A DNA stretch of 64,000 nt from Squalus acanthias (taxonomy: Eukaryota), in assembly GCA_030390025.1 (NCBI GenBank), contig JASTWF010000333.1, positions 310,001-374,000 of the forward strand. The letters are read 5' to 3'. The position numbers and the translations under genes are program-made. This document shows positions 1 through 13,415 of the stretch, piece by piece. Numbering within the stretch: the first letter of the stretch is position 1; each line of letters opens with the position of its first letter. Below the pieces are notes generated by a model. It did not search any database and was not told the origin of the DNA. It was given only the letters and a program-made list of their open reading frames with translations.

Positions 1-989
1 CACTCTCAGCAACTCTGTCCTGTTCTTTACTCGAAATTCTACTACTCTTCACTCTGAAGACATGTTTTAACCAAATGATTTCTGTGAGTAATGATCAATT
101 AAAGACTGTCTTCATTCACTCACTCAATGTTTGAACAGTGTTTCTAATCTGCTCTTCGATGATCTTCCAAAATTTGGATAGATTTGATGAACACACTTGT
201 CTTTAAGCTCTCCCCTCATTGCTCTCTCATGCACAAATGCACAGTTTGTACCACTTTGCTGTATGTTGTCCACACCTCCGGTTTCTGTGTTGTCATGGTT
301 TTCATTGTGAGGCCAGGTTACATAGCCCCTCTGTTGTGATGTGCCCTGGGTCATGTGCCCATTTAAGTCCTGCCAGCTGTTTGTGGCAGTTTAAGGTGGA
401 TGGTGCGGGTTAAGGCCCAGACCTGAGATACAGACCATGCGGGAAAGACAACCCTTGGCAGCCATATTGGATCAAGCAGCTGTTTGTTCCTAATAAAGAA
501 CCTACCGCACCACAGACTCTCAAAGTACTTGTGACAAAAGATGTAGAGATGTAGAAAAGATGTAGGGCAGACATTTCTAGCAGAATTGCCCCCAAATTGA
601 GATGTTCATGTGACTCAAATCAATTTTAAATACACTAGAAATAAAAAGATCTGAACTCATGAGATCATTCCGGGGTTAGAATGGGAAAGCATAATTTCCA
701 GCCCAGTAGGATAGTCTCAACTAATATGGATCGGGTTAGATACCATTTGCATTTGACTAGAAAGGATGATTTTATAATTCCGGAGTAAACACAGTTGTGG
801 GTTTGTACGTTCATCACCGTCTAAACAAATGATTCCACTGTTTTTATTTGTGTGTTGACATGAAGTAAATTCCAAAGGGATTGAAACTGCTTCATGATGT
901 AATGAGAAAGATGTTGTGACATCAGAGCGGTCCGTTGTGACATCAGAGTGGCTGTTCCACACTTCTCTCCTTTAAAATCCTTGTTCTCT

Positions 990-2465
990 ACTGCCTACCA
1001 ACTCAGGTTTCTCACCCACATATCCTCCCTGCTTTCCTCCTTCAGTCTCTGGACTCAGTGACTCCTCCTCCTCAATCATTTCAATCTCCATCTCAACTCC
1101 CTTTGCCCTCTCTCCTCTGATTTTACTGCCCTCCTGTCGTCCCTTAAGCTCTCCTACCCATATTCATGGCCACCCCCTCAACTTTGCCATCTTGCCTTGC
1201 TTCACTACTTCCATGGTCTTAATCACTGTCAAGACCATCTCTGGACAATTCCTTGTCTCACCCACAACCCTCTATCTCTTTCCAACCCAACTTCCTTCTG
1301 CATCCACCCCTGCAAAAAAACTCTCTCTCATAGAAACAGGAGGAGGCCATTCAGCCCCTTGGGTGCTCCACCATTCACTTAGATCACGGCTGATCTGCAC
1401 CTCAACTCCATTTACCCACCTTTGCTCCATATCCCTTGATACCCTTACCTATTCAAATTCTATCTATCTCAGTCTTGAAAGCTCCAATTGTCCTAGAATC
1501 CAGAGCCCTTTGGGGGAGAGACTTCCAGATTTCCACTACATTTTGTGTGAAAAAGTGTTTCCTGATTTCAACCCTGAATGTCCTAGTTCTAATTTTAAGA
1601 TTATGTCCCCTTATTCTTCATTCCCCCCACCAGAGGAAATAGTTTCTCATTATCTACTCTATCAAACACTTTCAACATTTTAAACACCTCAATCAAATCA
1701 GCCCTCAATCTCTTATACTCAACTCACTTACAAGGACACTTTCAAACTCCTCATTGCCTAGCCTTTGACCTTCCATTTGTCACAATACTTCTGCAGTTAT
1801 TAATCTGTTTAACCAATGCTTTTGATGCCTTGTCCCCAATAAAATCCTTACTCTCTTCCACCCTGGTTGTTTCCCCTGGTGCGGCCCCATCCTCTGCCCC
1901 CAAATCCAAGGGGCACAGACTTAAGCATCTCTGATGCACAACTGGTTTAGCCATTCACTGTCAGATCTGGCTGGACCACATCAAGCACCATTGGATCCTG
2001 CTCTACTCTGCCAAAACTAATCATCCTGAAATGCAACAATAACCCCGGCTTCTCTTTCAACCGTTTTCTTAAACCCCTCTCCCCTGTGCCCTCCACTCTC
2101 ACCACCAAGTGTGAGGAGCTCATGGACATCTTTGTCATTAAGATTGAGACCACCCGTTCAGCTGCCTCTGCCACTTCCCTCCCTTCCTCTTGCACTCCGA
2201 GCCAAGCTTCCCACAAGTTTTCTACCACCTCCCCCGCCCTAGCCCTGAACTTGCATCTTCCTCTACTTTCTCTCCAACCTCCCTTCATGGTGTCTCTGAG
2301 CTCATTTTCTCCATGAGACCCACCTTCTGCACTTTTGACCCTACTCCCACTAAACTGCTGATCACCCAACTTACATTCCTAGCCCCAATGTTAGTTGATA
2401 TTATAAATGGTTCCCTCACCTCGTGAACTGTCCCCCCTCTCTTTCAAAGCCATCATCAATCCCCT
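990..2465 (+). mobile_element. Degenerate L2 LINE ORF2 fragment interrupted by a CR1 3' end (about 1330-1720, minus)
   Basis: CEELMDIFVIKIE, T...DP.PTKLL, DIINGSL motifs; C/T-rich composition; CR1 tail embedded. Confidence 0.7.
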
Positions 2466-3795
2466 ACTATTACTGCCATATTGTTTTTGCACTTCTCAGA
2501 AATGTGCCTATATATTTGCTCTTCTATCTCCCTCTGACTGTTTGGGATCTATAGTCCACTCCCAGCAGTGTAATTGCCTCTTTTTTGTTCTTCAGTTCAA
2601 CCCATATGGCCTCATTTGATGATCCTTAGAAACATAGACATTTTTTTCCTGCTGGCCACAGTCCATACAGGGTTAAAATCAGTTTCCACTAGGTGTTTCT
2701 GCAGGTTTCAAAGAATACACATCTCAGATAGCTGATATAGACACCTCAGGACAGACAAGAGACAATGTGTAGTTCAAGAAGACCTAGCATGGGTTGATTA
2801 CTGCCATTGGCCTTGAAAGGGGACCTGCCTCACAGATCATTCAAAACATTTGGAACTGATCAACTAGTCAAGGCGTTCCATTTAATTGCAAGCATCCTTG
2901 CGGCCGTTTACAGCACATGTTTGTTTGGCAGCTGTATTTATGTGGACAAATGTTGCTTTGAATCCTATGTTAAGGACCACCTAGGTTAAGGATTTCCTCT
3001 GAGCTGCTCCAGCTTTGTCACCATAACCTCACCGGTAGTGCGGTGTAAATACGCATGTAAATATGGTTTCTTCCACACTCCGGTGAAGTTACGCCGGCGG
3101 AGCAGGACCAGTGCTGAGGAAATTCCTGCTCCTGATCTAGCTTTGAGAGATACAATTTTCAATATCCCTTTGTTCTTTCATATCTTCAAAGAAATTTGAA
3201 GCTATATTTTGGGTGATATTCAACCAGATCGCAGCCAGTCTGAAACCAGCAGTGATAAGGTTAGAATGATAGAATCTTACAGCACAGATGGACAACATCT
3301 GGCCCATTGTGCCTGTGACAGCTCATTTAAAGAGCTATCCAATTAGTTCCACGCCCCCTCTCTTTCCCGATAGCCCATCAATTCCTTTTCAAGTATACAG
3401 CCAATACCATTTTGAAAGTAAGTTAGTCAGAAAACTCCATGGTAATGGATAGCTGTGCAAGCAATCATATTTCAAGGGAAAGTTTTATGTTGAGAGTTAG
3501 CAAAGGGACAAGTCCTTTTGTTGTTTTGATTCCAAAAAGAATAGTAAAGACTGAATTTATTGTAAATCTACTGGCCAGGATTTTGCAGTCAGCGACGAAG
3601 GAACGGCACTCGCCATTCACTACGCTTACAGCTGCCAACATACTTTTTGTGGGCTTTTGAGCAGCGACTTTCTGTCATCAGGTGTCTGATCCAGCACGGT
3701 GCCCTCTACAGAGGATCTGTGGTGAGTATGAACAGGGAAAGTAACAGTGAGGCTCTTCAACCAATTAAATTGAAGAATCCTCATTGAGGCACGCA

Positions 3796-4491
3796 GGGCT
3801 GGATTTTCATTGACCCATGGAGGTGGGTTTGGAGGCGTGTGGGGGGTTAAAATTGCGAAAACTGGCGGGCGGGCACAAGCCCGCCTCCATCCCGCCTCCA
3901 CGCAATTTTCATTAAATCGTGTCTGCTGGTCCCGACTCCGTGAGGCGGGATAGGTTGTTAAGGCCCTTAACAAGCACTAAATTGCCTCTATAATGCCATT
4001 TTGAAAGGCCTTTGTGATTTTAACTCTTTTTCTACGTGAAGCACGCCTGTTCTGAACCACGAATATGAAACCTGGCGGGAGCACATTTGGGGCGGGCGGG
4101 CTGGTTGGCTAGCTGGCTGTGGGGATGCATATATGGATGGCTATGTGGATGGATGCATATATGGATGGATGGGGAGGAGACATATCTGGGAGCAGTGGTG
4201 TAAAAATATCTGGGAGCAGACTTAGGGCTGCTGCTCATTTTGCATCCAGGTCCTCTCACAGCAAAGGCCAGGCAGTCTTTGAAGACCTTCAATGCAGCAG
4301 CAATGATGACATCATCAGAGGCGACTTTCAGACTGAAAACACTAATTGGTTCATGGGTTCCCACATGCTGGAACTCAATTGCCCAATTAGGTGAAAATTG
4401 CATCAATCTCCCACATCCAATTGCAGTCGGGTAGATAACACGAAAAGTGGATGACACGACCCCAACCCGCCCCAGTATCAAAATCCAGCCA
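3796..4491. mobile_element. Harbinger-type MITE
   Basis: GGGCTGGATTTT / AAAATCCAGCC termini; related inverted copy at 60371-61214. Confidence 0.7.
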
Positions 4492-4589
4492 GCAGAGTCT
4501 AAACCAGGAAGTATAAACCAGGAAGTATAAATTGGATTTAAATCATGTACAGAAAGCGAAATAAAGAGAGGGAAAGAATGATGGGATTA

Positions 4590-5350
4590 ACAACAACAAC
4601 AACAACTTGAATTTATATAGCACCTTTAACATAGTAAAACATCCCAAGGCGCTTCACAGGAACATTAGCAAATAAAATTTGACACCGAGCCACATAAGGA
4701 GATATTAGGGCAGATGACCAAAAGAGAGAATTCCAGAGATTAGGGCCTTGACAGCTGAAGGCTGTTCAAGAGACGAGAAATGGCAGAGCGCAGAGATCTC
4801 GTGGGGTTGTAGGGCTGGAGGAGATTACAGAGATAGGGAGGGGAGAGGCCAGGGAGCTATTTGAAAACAAGGATGAGAATTTTAAAATCAAGGCATTGCT
4901 TAACCAGGAGCTAATGTAGGTCAGTGAGCACAGGGATGATGGGTGAACGGGACTTGGTGCGAGTTAGGACACGGGCAGCAGAGTTTTGAATGAGCTCAAG
5001 TTTACAGAGAGTAGAACTAGGGAGGCTGGCCAGGAGTGCGCTGGAATAGTCAAGTCAAGAGGTAACAAAGGCATGGATGAGGGTTTCAGCAGCAGATGAG
5101 CTGAGGCAGGGGCGGAGTCGGGCGATGTTCTGGAGGTGGAAATAGGCGGTCTTGGTGATGGCGCAGATATGTGGCAGGAAATATAAGACCAAGGTTGTGA
5201 ATAGCCTGGTTCAGCCTCAGATAGTTGCCAGGGAGAGAGATGGAGTCAGTGGCAAGGGTACGGAGTTTGTGGCGGGGACCGAAGACAATGGCTTTGGTCT
5301 TCCCAATTTTAAGTTGGAGGAAATTTCTGCTCATCCAATACTGGATGTAG
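4590..5350 (-). mobile_element. L2-clade LINE 3' portion
   Basis: NFLQLKIGKTKAIVFG RT C-terminal motif; (TTG)n tail at 4590-4607. Confidence 0.8.
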
Positions 5351-5798
5351 TGTACGAAAGGCTGATATTTAGAGATATTTAGTAGACAAGAATCATATAC
5401 ATATAGGCCCAGAAATTCGCCTCTCCGGCTTGTCGCGGGGGTAAGGATCGCGCGCGCACTTACCTATCGCGTCTGACACCGCCCAGGAGCGCAGCGTGCG
5501 CAGAGCCTCCGGAGCGGAGGGCAGTGAAGACACGCCCTCCAAAGTCGCATTTGCATAGGCCACGCCCCCGATTTTTTTTCACATGCTGCAAACCTTTTTT
5601 ACAAGCAGAACAGCATGGTAAGTTGTCTCTTTGTATTTTAATGAATGTTTTGCTAACTTTTACAAACTTTTAAAGACTTTTGCATGAATTGGAAGAATTT
5701 TAAACAGTTTTAAAGAGATTTGAAGTAATTTAAATAGTTTTAAAAGCTCTGAAAGCATTTTTTTCATTCATTTTATTTTATTTAATCAGCAAAGTGAA

Positions 5799-7453
5799 AT
5801 GGCTGGAATGAGCACAATTCACATCATTAAGAGAGCTCAGAATTTCAGTGACGATGATCTTAGCACACTCCTCAACGAGGTTGAGGCGAAGCGCCTGCGG
5901 ATCATTGGGAATGAGAAGTCCAGGGCGCCGCGCAAAGGACAGATGACAGCTTGGTCTGAAGTTGCCCAGGCTGTCAGTGCGAACTCCACCATTCCACGGA
6001 CAGCGGAACAATGCCGCAAGAAATTCAGTGATTTATTGTGATCTGTCAAGGTTTGTACAGTTATTACAAAAGTCAACTGTAAAATGTCTTTAAATTTAAC
6101 TGAACTAGTTTTAAATATCTATATGCATGTGTTTAGTCAAGTGACTTCATCATCCAGGCACATGAGCTTGCCATAGATTTTTATGGCTTTGGGGCCAGCT
6201 CAGGGTCATCCATTGTGCTCTTATCTTGATTCCACTGGTTTGAGTTGTAAAATTTCATTTAGTGAGTGGAAAAAAAAACCCTCTGCAAAGCAGGCTCTGT
6301 CCATGTTTCAAATGCAGGTGGGTGTAATCTGCAGAAAAAGCTGACGATTCATGACGTTTCATATTTTCTGTTTTTATTTTAGAATAAAACTGCTCACAAC
6401 GCCAGAGAACGTGCACTGACAGGCGGTGGTGTTGTCACGTTAGGGCTTTATCCGAACATGAGGAAAGGGTCGAGCATTTGTTTGGATTTAGTCGCGGTTG
6501 CCCCTTGGCTGGTGTAGAAATAGACATTGGTATACATAAACGTGAGTTGCTCTGGCCAGCTATATGTTTAAAAATGTTAGATGTGCGTTGAATATCAGCT
6601 TCTGTGATGTGGCAGATCATGCTTTACCTTTGCAAATGTTTACTGTTTCCTTTCCACAGGTGCACAGCAGACTTCTCATACACGGGATGAGCAGTGCTTT
6701 GAGTCTGCAGCTGCAGAGGGCATTGGGGAAGGGGTTGCTGATGCAGCGGGAGCAGTGAGTGAGGTGGTGGTGGTGGAGGAGCAGGAGCAACTTGTGCTTT
6801 GTCATCTAGTGGAAGAGGAGAGTATGGAACCTGGGTTGCTGCAGAGTACCTCTCCATCTCCTGGCCCCTCTGGCTCTGTGCGAGACAGACACCAGCTTGA
6901 TACTGCAGAGCATGTGGGAGAAGCAGAAATACATTCAACAGAACAGAATGAGTTACAAGCTCAGATGCAGCATATTGAAGGGTTGAAGGACAAGATGTGG
7001 TCTCTTACTGAGAAGAAAGTTGACTCTCTTGCCTCGATCAGGCAGGGAATTGATTATATTGGCATGTCACTTAATCAAATAAATGAGTCTCTCGTTGGAC
7101 TCTTGCATATGCTTAAACCACTTTCTGCTGCCATTACTTTGACTCCCGCAGAACCGCCCTTACCTGCTCCCAGCGCAGAAACAGTGCGGGCCCAAGAGCC
7201 AGCTGCTCCTCCAGTTGTGATGCAAGCAAACGTTGCCTTGCCTTGCAGCAGCAGCAGCAGCAGCAGCAACCCTGTCAGGAGGCAATTGCTGAAGGGCAAG
7301 AGATGGCACACAGGGCCTTTCAAGTGGCAGCAGAGGGCTCCGGTCACGGGGAGCGGGAAAGCGCAGGAGACAGTAGGGTGTCACCTTTTGAACTATGCAC
7401 ATCCATTGACCCTCAGGCACAGATGCGAGGGGGCAAATCGTTCAATTGTTTAA
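5799..7453 (+). pseudogene. Harbinger A Myb/SANT-like DNA-binding protein, 3 exons (about 5799-6050, 6383-6530, 6660-7453)
   Basis: NFSDDDL..L...W..VA..V....RT.EQCRKKF.DL motif; in-frame TGA at 6039 (probable CGA decay); exon 2 NKTAHNARERALTGGG. Confidence 0.8.
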
Positions 7454-8124
7454 TTTTTCGTTTTATTTAAATGTTAAATGTTTTCATTGCTTTTTTTATT
7501 GAAATATATATTTGTGACTGAAAGTGTATGTAGCCTTTTCATTTAAAAAGTACAGCCTCTAGTCACTTTGAAAAAATTCAACTTTTTTATTTGCAAAAAA
7601 ATTTAACATTACAAGGGGTAAAAATTCACTTGGTTGCGCCTCCCGTTAGCGCCTTAAGAGGGCGCTAATGGGGCGTTAAGCCGCTAACGCCCGGGCGCAG
7701 CGATGTTTGCGCCGCTCGAGAACTTACTTGAGATTGTGCGGCGGCGCTAAAACTTACCGCTGCGACCACCTGCGCGCGCAGATTATGACGTCATTCCATG
7801 GTGCAACGCCCTTGGGGCGCCCCGGAGCGGAAATTGAGTGGCGCCCCCTGCCTTACCGCCTGGCGCTTCCAACGACCGGAAGACTGGAACGCTATCAATC
7901 GGTGTGGGGCTGGGGGGGGCGCTATTTAAAGGGGGCGTCTTCCTGTCTTTTTCTGTGGTCGACATTTATGCACCACTCGTTCTGAGAGAGCGAGAGAGAT
8001 TCGGAGAGAGAGAGAGAGAGACTTCTACATTGACTCAACGCTTTGTGAGGTAGTTTTGCCCATTCATCCTAACTTTGTTGCTACTTTAGTTGCTGTACCT
8101 CATTACTTTTCTGGCAAAGAGAAT

Positions 8125-9285
8125 ATGGGGGCTGCACTGATTGGGGGCGTCGTCCTGCTCCAGCTGAATCGGAGGATACAGAGACGCAGACAGAGAGTGG
8201 CAATGATGGCCAGACGGAGGAGGGCCATCAGGCGCATGTACAGGAGAGCTTACCCTCCCAGGGTATATCGTGAACAGCTCTCCTACATCCATATGTCCGA
8301 GGAGCTGTGTTTGCGAAGGCTGCGATTCAGCAAGGAGGTGGTCACTGAGCTCTGCCACCTGCTGCAGCCAGATCTGCAGCCTCAGCTGAGGTCCAGGACG
8401 TCTCTGTCGGTGGCAGTGAAGGTCACAGTGGCTTTGAACTTCTACGCCACTGGCTCATTCCAAGCTGCTGTTGGGGACCTCGCCAATATCTCCCAGTTTG
8501 CGGTGCATCGCTGCATCCGGCAGGTCACCAATGCCCTCTTCAGAAGGAGACGAGACTTCATCTCTTTCCCTATGACCCCAGACAAGCAGCGTGACCGTGC
8601 TCTGGGCTTTGCGAGGGTAGCGGGCTTCCCCATGGTGCAGGGCGCCATTGACTGCACGCATGTGGCTTTGCGTGCTCCGCGAGAGAATGCAGAAGAATTC
8701 AGGAACAGAAAGGGGTTCCATTCCTTGAATGTGCAGTTGGTCTGTGACCACAGACAGGTGATACTCGCTGTCAATGCCCACTATCCGGGCAGCTGCCACG
8801 ATGCTTTCATCCTGCGCCAGACTACTGTGGCAGAAGTTTTCGAGGCACCGCATCAGCCAGTTGGTTGGCTTCTCGGGGACAAGGGGTACGCATTGAGCAC
8901 CTGGCTGATGACACCGCTCCGTACGCCAAACACCCCTGCTGAGCTGCGGTACAATGAAAGCCATCAAGCAACCAGGAACATTATTGAGCGCACAATCGGC
9001 GTGCTGAAACAACGGTTCCGCTGTCTGGACCATTCCGGAGGAGCCCTGCAGTACTCGCCTGAGCAAGTTTCGAACTTCGTAGTCGTGTGCTGCATGTTGC
9101 ACAACATGGCAATCCTCAGGACCCAGCCAATGCCACCAGGCCTTGTAGCACCACCAGAGGAGGAGGAGGAAGAGGAGGAAGAGGACGAGGACGATGATCA
9201 TCAGCAGCACCAAGGCGGGAGGGCGGCCCACAATGGTCAAACTGCAAGGGCCGTCCGTCAACGACTAATAGCAAGCCGCTTCTAG
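8125..9285 (+). CDS. Harbinger B DDE transposase (386 aa)
   Basis: Uninterrupted ORF with GAIDCTHV, NRKGFHSLNVQ, HDAFIL, LGDKGY, IERTIGVLKQRFRCL and acidic tail. Confidence 0.95.
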   Translation: MGAALIGGVVLLQLNRRIQRRRQRVAMMARRRRAIRRMYRRAYPPRVYREQLSYIHMSEELCLRRLRFSKEVVTELCHLLQPDLQPQLRSRTSLSVAVKVTVALNFYATGSFQAAVGDLANISQFAVHRCIRQVTNALFRRRRDFISFPMTPDKQRDRALGFARVAGFPMVQGAIDCTHVALRAPRENAEEFRNRKGFHSLNVQLVCDHRQVILAVNAHYPGSCHDAFILRQTTVAEVFEAPHQPVGWLLGDKGYALSTWLMTPLRTPNTPAELRYNESHQATRNIIERTIGVLKQRFRCLDHSGGALQYSPEQVSNFVVVCCMLHNMAILRTQPMPPGLVAPPEEEEEEEEEDEDDDHQQHQGGRAAHNGQTARAVRQRLIASRF

Positions 9286-9579
9286 GGCCCCTGCCATTGC
9301 TACAAACACTAATCAACCCAGCACGCAACCCCTAAGCCGGCCAAGGCACCAATAATTCCAACCACCAGCCATGTATATTTTGAATACAGAAACTTATTTA
9401 TTTTACAAACTCTGTGTGTGTCAATTCCTCATGACAAACTCATAGAAATAAACACAAAAAAACAGTCAATAACATAACTGGTTCTCACAACCTGGAGATA
9501 ATGTCCAAAACACTAAACAAAAGTTGGACCATGAACCTCGGCCTTTAATAAAAAAATGACCAGCATTTTGTCACACCTC

Positions 9580-11618
9580 CTACTTTTTGCCCTTCGAGGG
9601 TGATCTCCTTCCCTTGCGCACTTCCCCCCTTCTAACCCTACTGCTCCTCCGTAATGGGACCTCAGTGGCTGCAGCAAGGCTGGTGGAAGGCTGCTGCTCG
9701 TCAGACCCTGACACTGCAGATGCCCCTGAAGGACGGCCTCGACCACTTCTGGGCCTGGAGGGCCCGGCTGCAGACTCCACCAACTCTGCATGGGCGGCAG
9801 CAGTCTGTCCTACAGGCGGTGGCAAGTGCAGTGGAGAAGTGACAGTGTTGGCAGCAGGAATGCTGTCATCGAGCGAGAGGACAGCAACTCCCTGCTCGCC
9901 CGACACACTGGCACTCCCACGGGGCAGCACTTCAGCATCCGGAGCAATCTGCCGGAGAACAGATTGCTGGCCTGCTGCGGCGCGGTGACAGCCCCGGGGA
10001 CATGTGCATGAACCATCGAGGTTGGCAGCAGTCTGTGCTCGCGTGGCCTCCATCTGAGTCTGTATGAGAGCAGTCAGAGGTGAGATCACGGCAGCCAGTG
10101 ACTGAATTGCAGCACTAAGCGTTAGTGTGGCATCCGCCTGTGCTACAGCGAAGTGCTCCACACTCCTTGCCAGTGACTCAATGCATTCGGGCACCCTTCC
10201 CACTGCACCCATGAGCTCAGTGTGCATGCCCACCGCCTGGGTGTTCATTTCTGCAATCAGCCGCTCCTCCTCTGCGTCCATTGCAGTAGGAGTGTCTGGC
10301 ATACTCTCCCTCTGGGGAGAAGGCCCCCGTTCTTCCCTACCCCCCCCATGGCGTTGCTGCAGCCCGCTGGGTCCTGGAGCTTCACCATCATCAGCCCCTT
10401 CCCCCCTGCTCCCTTCCGGGGAAGGCGTGTTCCCAGTGTGGGCATGGGCTTCCTCGGGAGAGGGTGGCACTGATGCTCTGGCTTCCTCTTCCTCCTCAGC
10501 TGCAGCATCACTCCCAGTGGCAGCTTCAGGGCCCGTCTCCTCAGCTGGTGAATCACCATCTGAAAGCAGGGAGGTACAAGAGTGGCTTTAGCGTGAGGAC
10601 AGGGTGGCAGTAAGGGAGGAATAAGTGCAGCGAGTTAGCAAGTTGGATTGAAAGTGTCAAAGGCTGGTGTTGTGAGGGACAAGTGGAAGGACAGAGGACA
10701 AAAAGGTGATGACCTTACCATTGCTGTCCAGAACGGGGTCGGCGTCTCCAGTGGCGACGGGACCGATCACCCGGCTTGCCACAATCCTGTGGACGCGCTC
10801 CTCCAGATCGCTGAGGGGTTGCAGCTGAAGCCGCCCTCCACCTGTCCGTTGCTGCTGTCTCCTATTATGAGCCAGCTTAGCCTGCAAGAAAAAGGACAGC
10901 ATCTGAGTAAATATACAGCCATGGTCTTGCCTGATGTGCCTCCCATAGGTGAATAGCCCTTACAATATGCAGCCATGGTCTTGCCTGATGTGCCTCCCAT
11001 AGGTGAATAGCCCTTACAATATGCAGCCATGGTCTTGCCTGATGTGCCTCCCATAGCTGAATAGCCCTTACAATATGCAGCCATGGTCTTGCCTGATGTG
11101 CCTCCCATAGGTGAATAGCCCTTACTGTATACAGCCATGGTCTTGCCTGATGTGCCTCCCATAGGTGAATAGCCCTTACAATATGCAGCCATGGTCTTGC
11201 CTGATGTGCCTCCCATAGGTGAATAGCCCTTACTGTATGCAAAGTGTGGAATGTGTGTGTGTGTTTCATGAAAGGGCCATAGGTGTTGGATGAGTGTTGT
11301 GCATTGGGGTTTTAAGACCCTCTGGCCATATAGTGAGGTTGAGATGGAGGGATGGAGAGGTATTGAGAAAAAGCCACTCACCCTGACGACCCGAGTGAGG
11401 TCGTTGAACTTTTTGCGGCATTGAGTATGGGTCCTGGGCACCATGCTCCTGGAGGAGACGCTCTGAGCCACCTCCCTCCACACTCTTCTGAACTCGCGTG
11501 GCAAAGACCTCCTGCCACTCTCAGGGAAGAGCATACATCGTCTGCGCTCCACTGCGCCAACCAGAGCATCCAAGGCCCGCTCGGTGAAGCGATGAGCGCG
11601 TTCTCTCACCCTCTCCAT
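9580..11618 (-). CDS. Harbinger B Myb/SANT-like protein, exons 11618-11382, 10881-10719, 10559-9580 (459 aa)
   Basis: Canonical GT-AG sites splice in frame (phases 0 and 1); RFTERALDALV...WREVA...QCRKKFNDL; exon 2 AKLAHNRRQQQRTGGG. Confidence 0.88.
10911..11240. repeat. 54-bp minisatellite, 6 copies, in intron 1 of the Myb/SANT gene
   Basis: AGCCATGGTCTTGCCTGATG... recurs at 10917, 10971, 11025, 11079, 11133, 11187. Confidence 0.97.
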
Positions 11619-12266
11619 GCTTGGCAGCAAAATGGATTCACAGGTCTCTCCAGGCTGAGATTCAAGGCTGCAATGAGCAGGGTGTGGCTGGGGAGCAAGT
11701 GGCATCCCCCGCTTTAAGCAGTGTCCGGCGCCAGTGTGTCTGTGTTCCCTCGCTAACTGGCAGCAGCTGCGCTGCGCTCGCGCGCTGAGTTAGCGCCTCA
11801 CTCCTTGGCCTTTGCGCCTTAAGACAGGTGTGCAGCGCCTGCTTTAGCGCTCCACTCACCTCCCGGGGCGGTAAAAGTGAAGTTTCCTGTCAGTGCCGAT
11901 AATTAGCGCCAGGCGCTAATATTTGCGTCCAGACGATATTTGCGCCCCAAATGGGGCGCGACCTAATTTCTACCCCCAACTGTTTGAAATTTAGAAAATA
12001 GCTAGTTTCCATCTTGAATGTCTTTATTGCACTAAGAAACCAAAAAAGTCACTTTAAACTGTTTACAAATTTTATTCTAAACTATTTATGTTTACGAATG
12101 TTTGAAAAGTAGAAAATAGCTAGTTAACATTTAAAAGTTATAAACTATGTACATCAAAACTGAACCTCAAAAGTCTTTGATGCTGTAATAAAAGTGGGAG
12201 TTTCACTTTAAATTGTGTCTGTTCCTTTCTTAGCCTTGCTGGGGGAGGGGGAGGTACAAGGCGACA

Positions 12267-13415
12267 CTACCTCGTGAAGGTGTTGGCTACTAGCTGTTCC
12301 AAAGCAGCCTTACTTTCAGCAGCACTTGGCTCCTCCCCATCAGGCCTGGCCACAGGCACATTGGCATCGTCCACGTCCTCCATTTCAGCAGGGAGCTCCT
12401 CTGCACCGTTAAGGGTCAGTCCTTCCCGCAGGGCAAAATTATGCAAAGCACAACAGGCCACCACAATCCTTCCCACTTTCTGAGGAGAATACTGCAAGGT
12501 CCCCCCTGAGCTGTCCAGGCACCGGAAGCGTGATTTCAGAACTCCGATTGTCCTCTCCACCACTTGCTGTGTGGACACGTGTGCCTGGTTGTATCTCTCC
12601 TGAGCCTCATTATTGGTCTTGCGGCAGGGAGTCATCAGCCATGGTCTTAGCGGGTAACCCTTGTCGCCCAATATCCATGCGGATCCTGGAGGCAATGCGC
12701 TGAGGGCGCCATATAAGTTCGAGTTACGGAGGACGAAGGAGTCATGAGCACTTCCCCGGTGATCTGCATTCACGTTTAGGATCCTGAGGTGCGCATCACA
12801 GACTATCATGACATTCAATGAATGAAACCCCTTCCTGTTGATGAATGTCACAGGTGCATCCACTGGTGCCTTCAATGCAATATGGGTTCCATCGACGGCC
12901 CCAATCACTTTGGGGAATCCAGCAATGGTATAAAATGCAAGGGCCATCTCCTTTTGATGGCGAGTGGACAAGTCAAAGTCAATTAACTCTGAAGCCCTAC
13001 GGAAAATGACATCTGTGACCTGGTAAATGCAGGCCCTCGCAGCATTCTTGGAGATGTTGGCAATGTCACCATTGCCTGAAATGACCCACTTGCAAAGAAG
13101 TTCAATGCTGTGGTTACCTTCATGTTCACTGACAAGGCAGTGCGGGTCTTCGAGCGTGTTTGAAGGTCCTCCTTTAACATGTCACATAGTCGGCCGATTG
13201 CCTCTTTACTGAAGCGCATCCTCCTCACACACAACTCCTCCGACCAACAACATCTCAAATGACAGCCTCTCCCTGTACACTCTCTGGGGTGGGTAGTAGT
13301 TTCTCCTTCTCAGGAGACGGTTATGGTTCCTCAGTCTTCTTTGTTGTTCCCTGGTGTTTACAATTCTCTGAAGCAAAATCGCACAGAGGATCAGGGCAAC
13401 ATTCTCAAAGGGCAT
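12267..13415 (-). pseudogene. Harbinger A DDE transposase, frameshifted
   Basis: Three overlapping ORF pieces; GAVDGTHI, NRKGFHSLNV, LGDKGYPL, VERTIGVLKSRFRCL motifs. Confidence 0.92.

Larger units (their letters stand above)
7615..11976. mobile_element. Harbinger/PIF DNA transposon B (inner, apparently intact)
   Basis: TIRs GGGGTAAAAATT / AATTTCTACCCC; CAA TSD at 7612-7614 and 11977-11979; GC-rich subterminal repeats; both genes open. Confidence 0.93.

Noticed and set aside
7243..7470. PolyQ ORF
   Set aside because: A (CAG)n tract inside the decayed Harbinger A Myb exon 3, not an independent gene.
8056..9285. Domesticated HARBI1 host gene
   Set aside because: It lies between TIRs with a TSD and a Myb partner, so it is a transposon ORF.
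10911..11240. CRISPR-like array
   Set aside because: Head-to-tail units with no unique spacers, in a eukaryotic intron.
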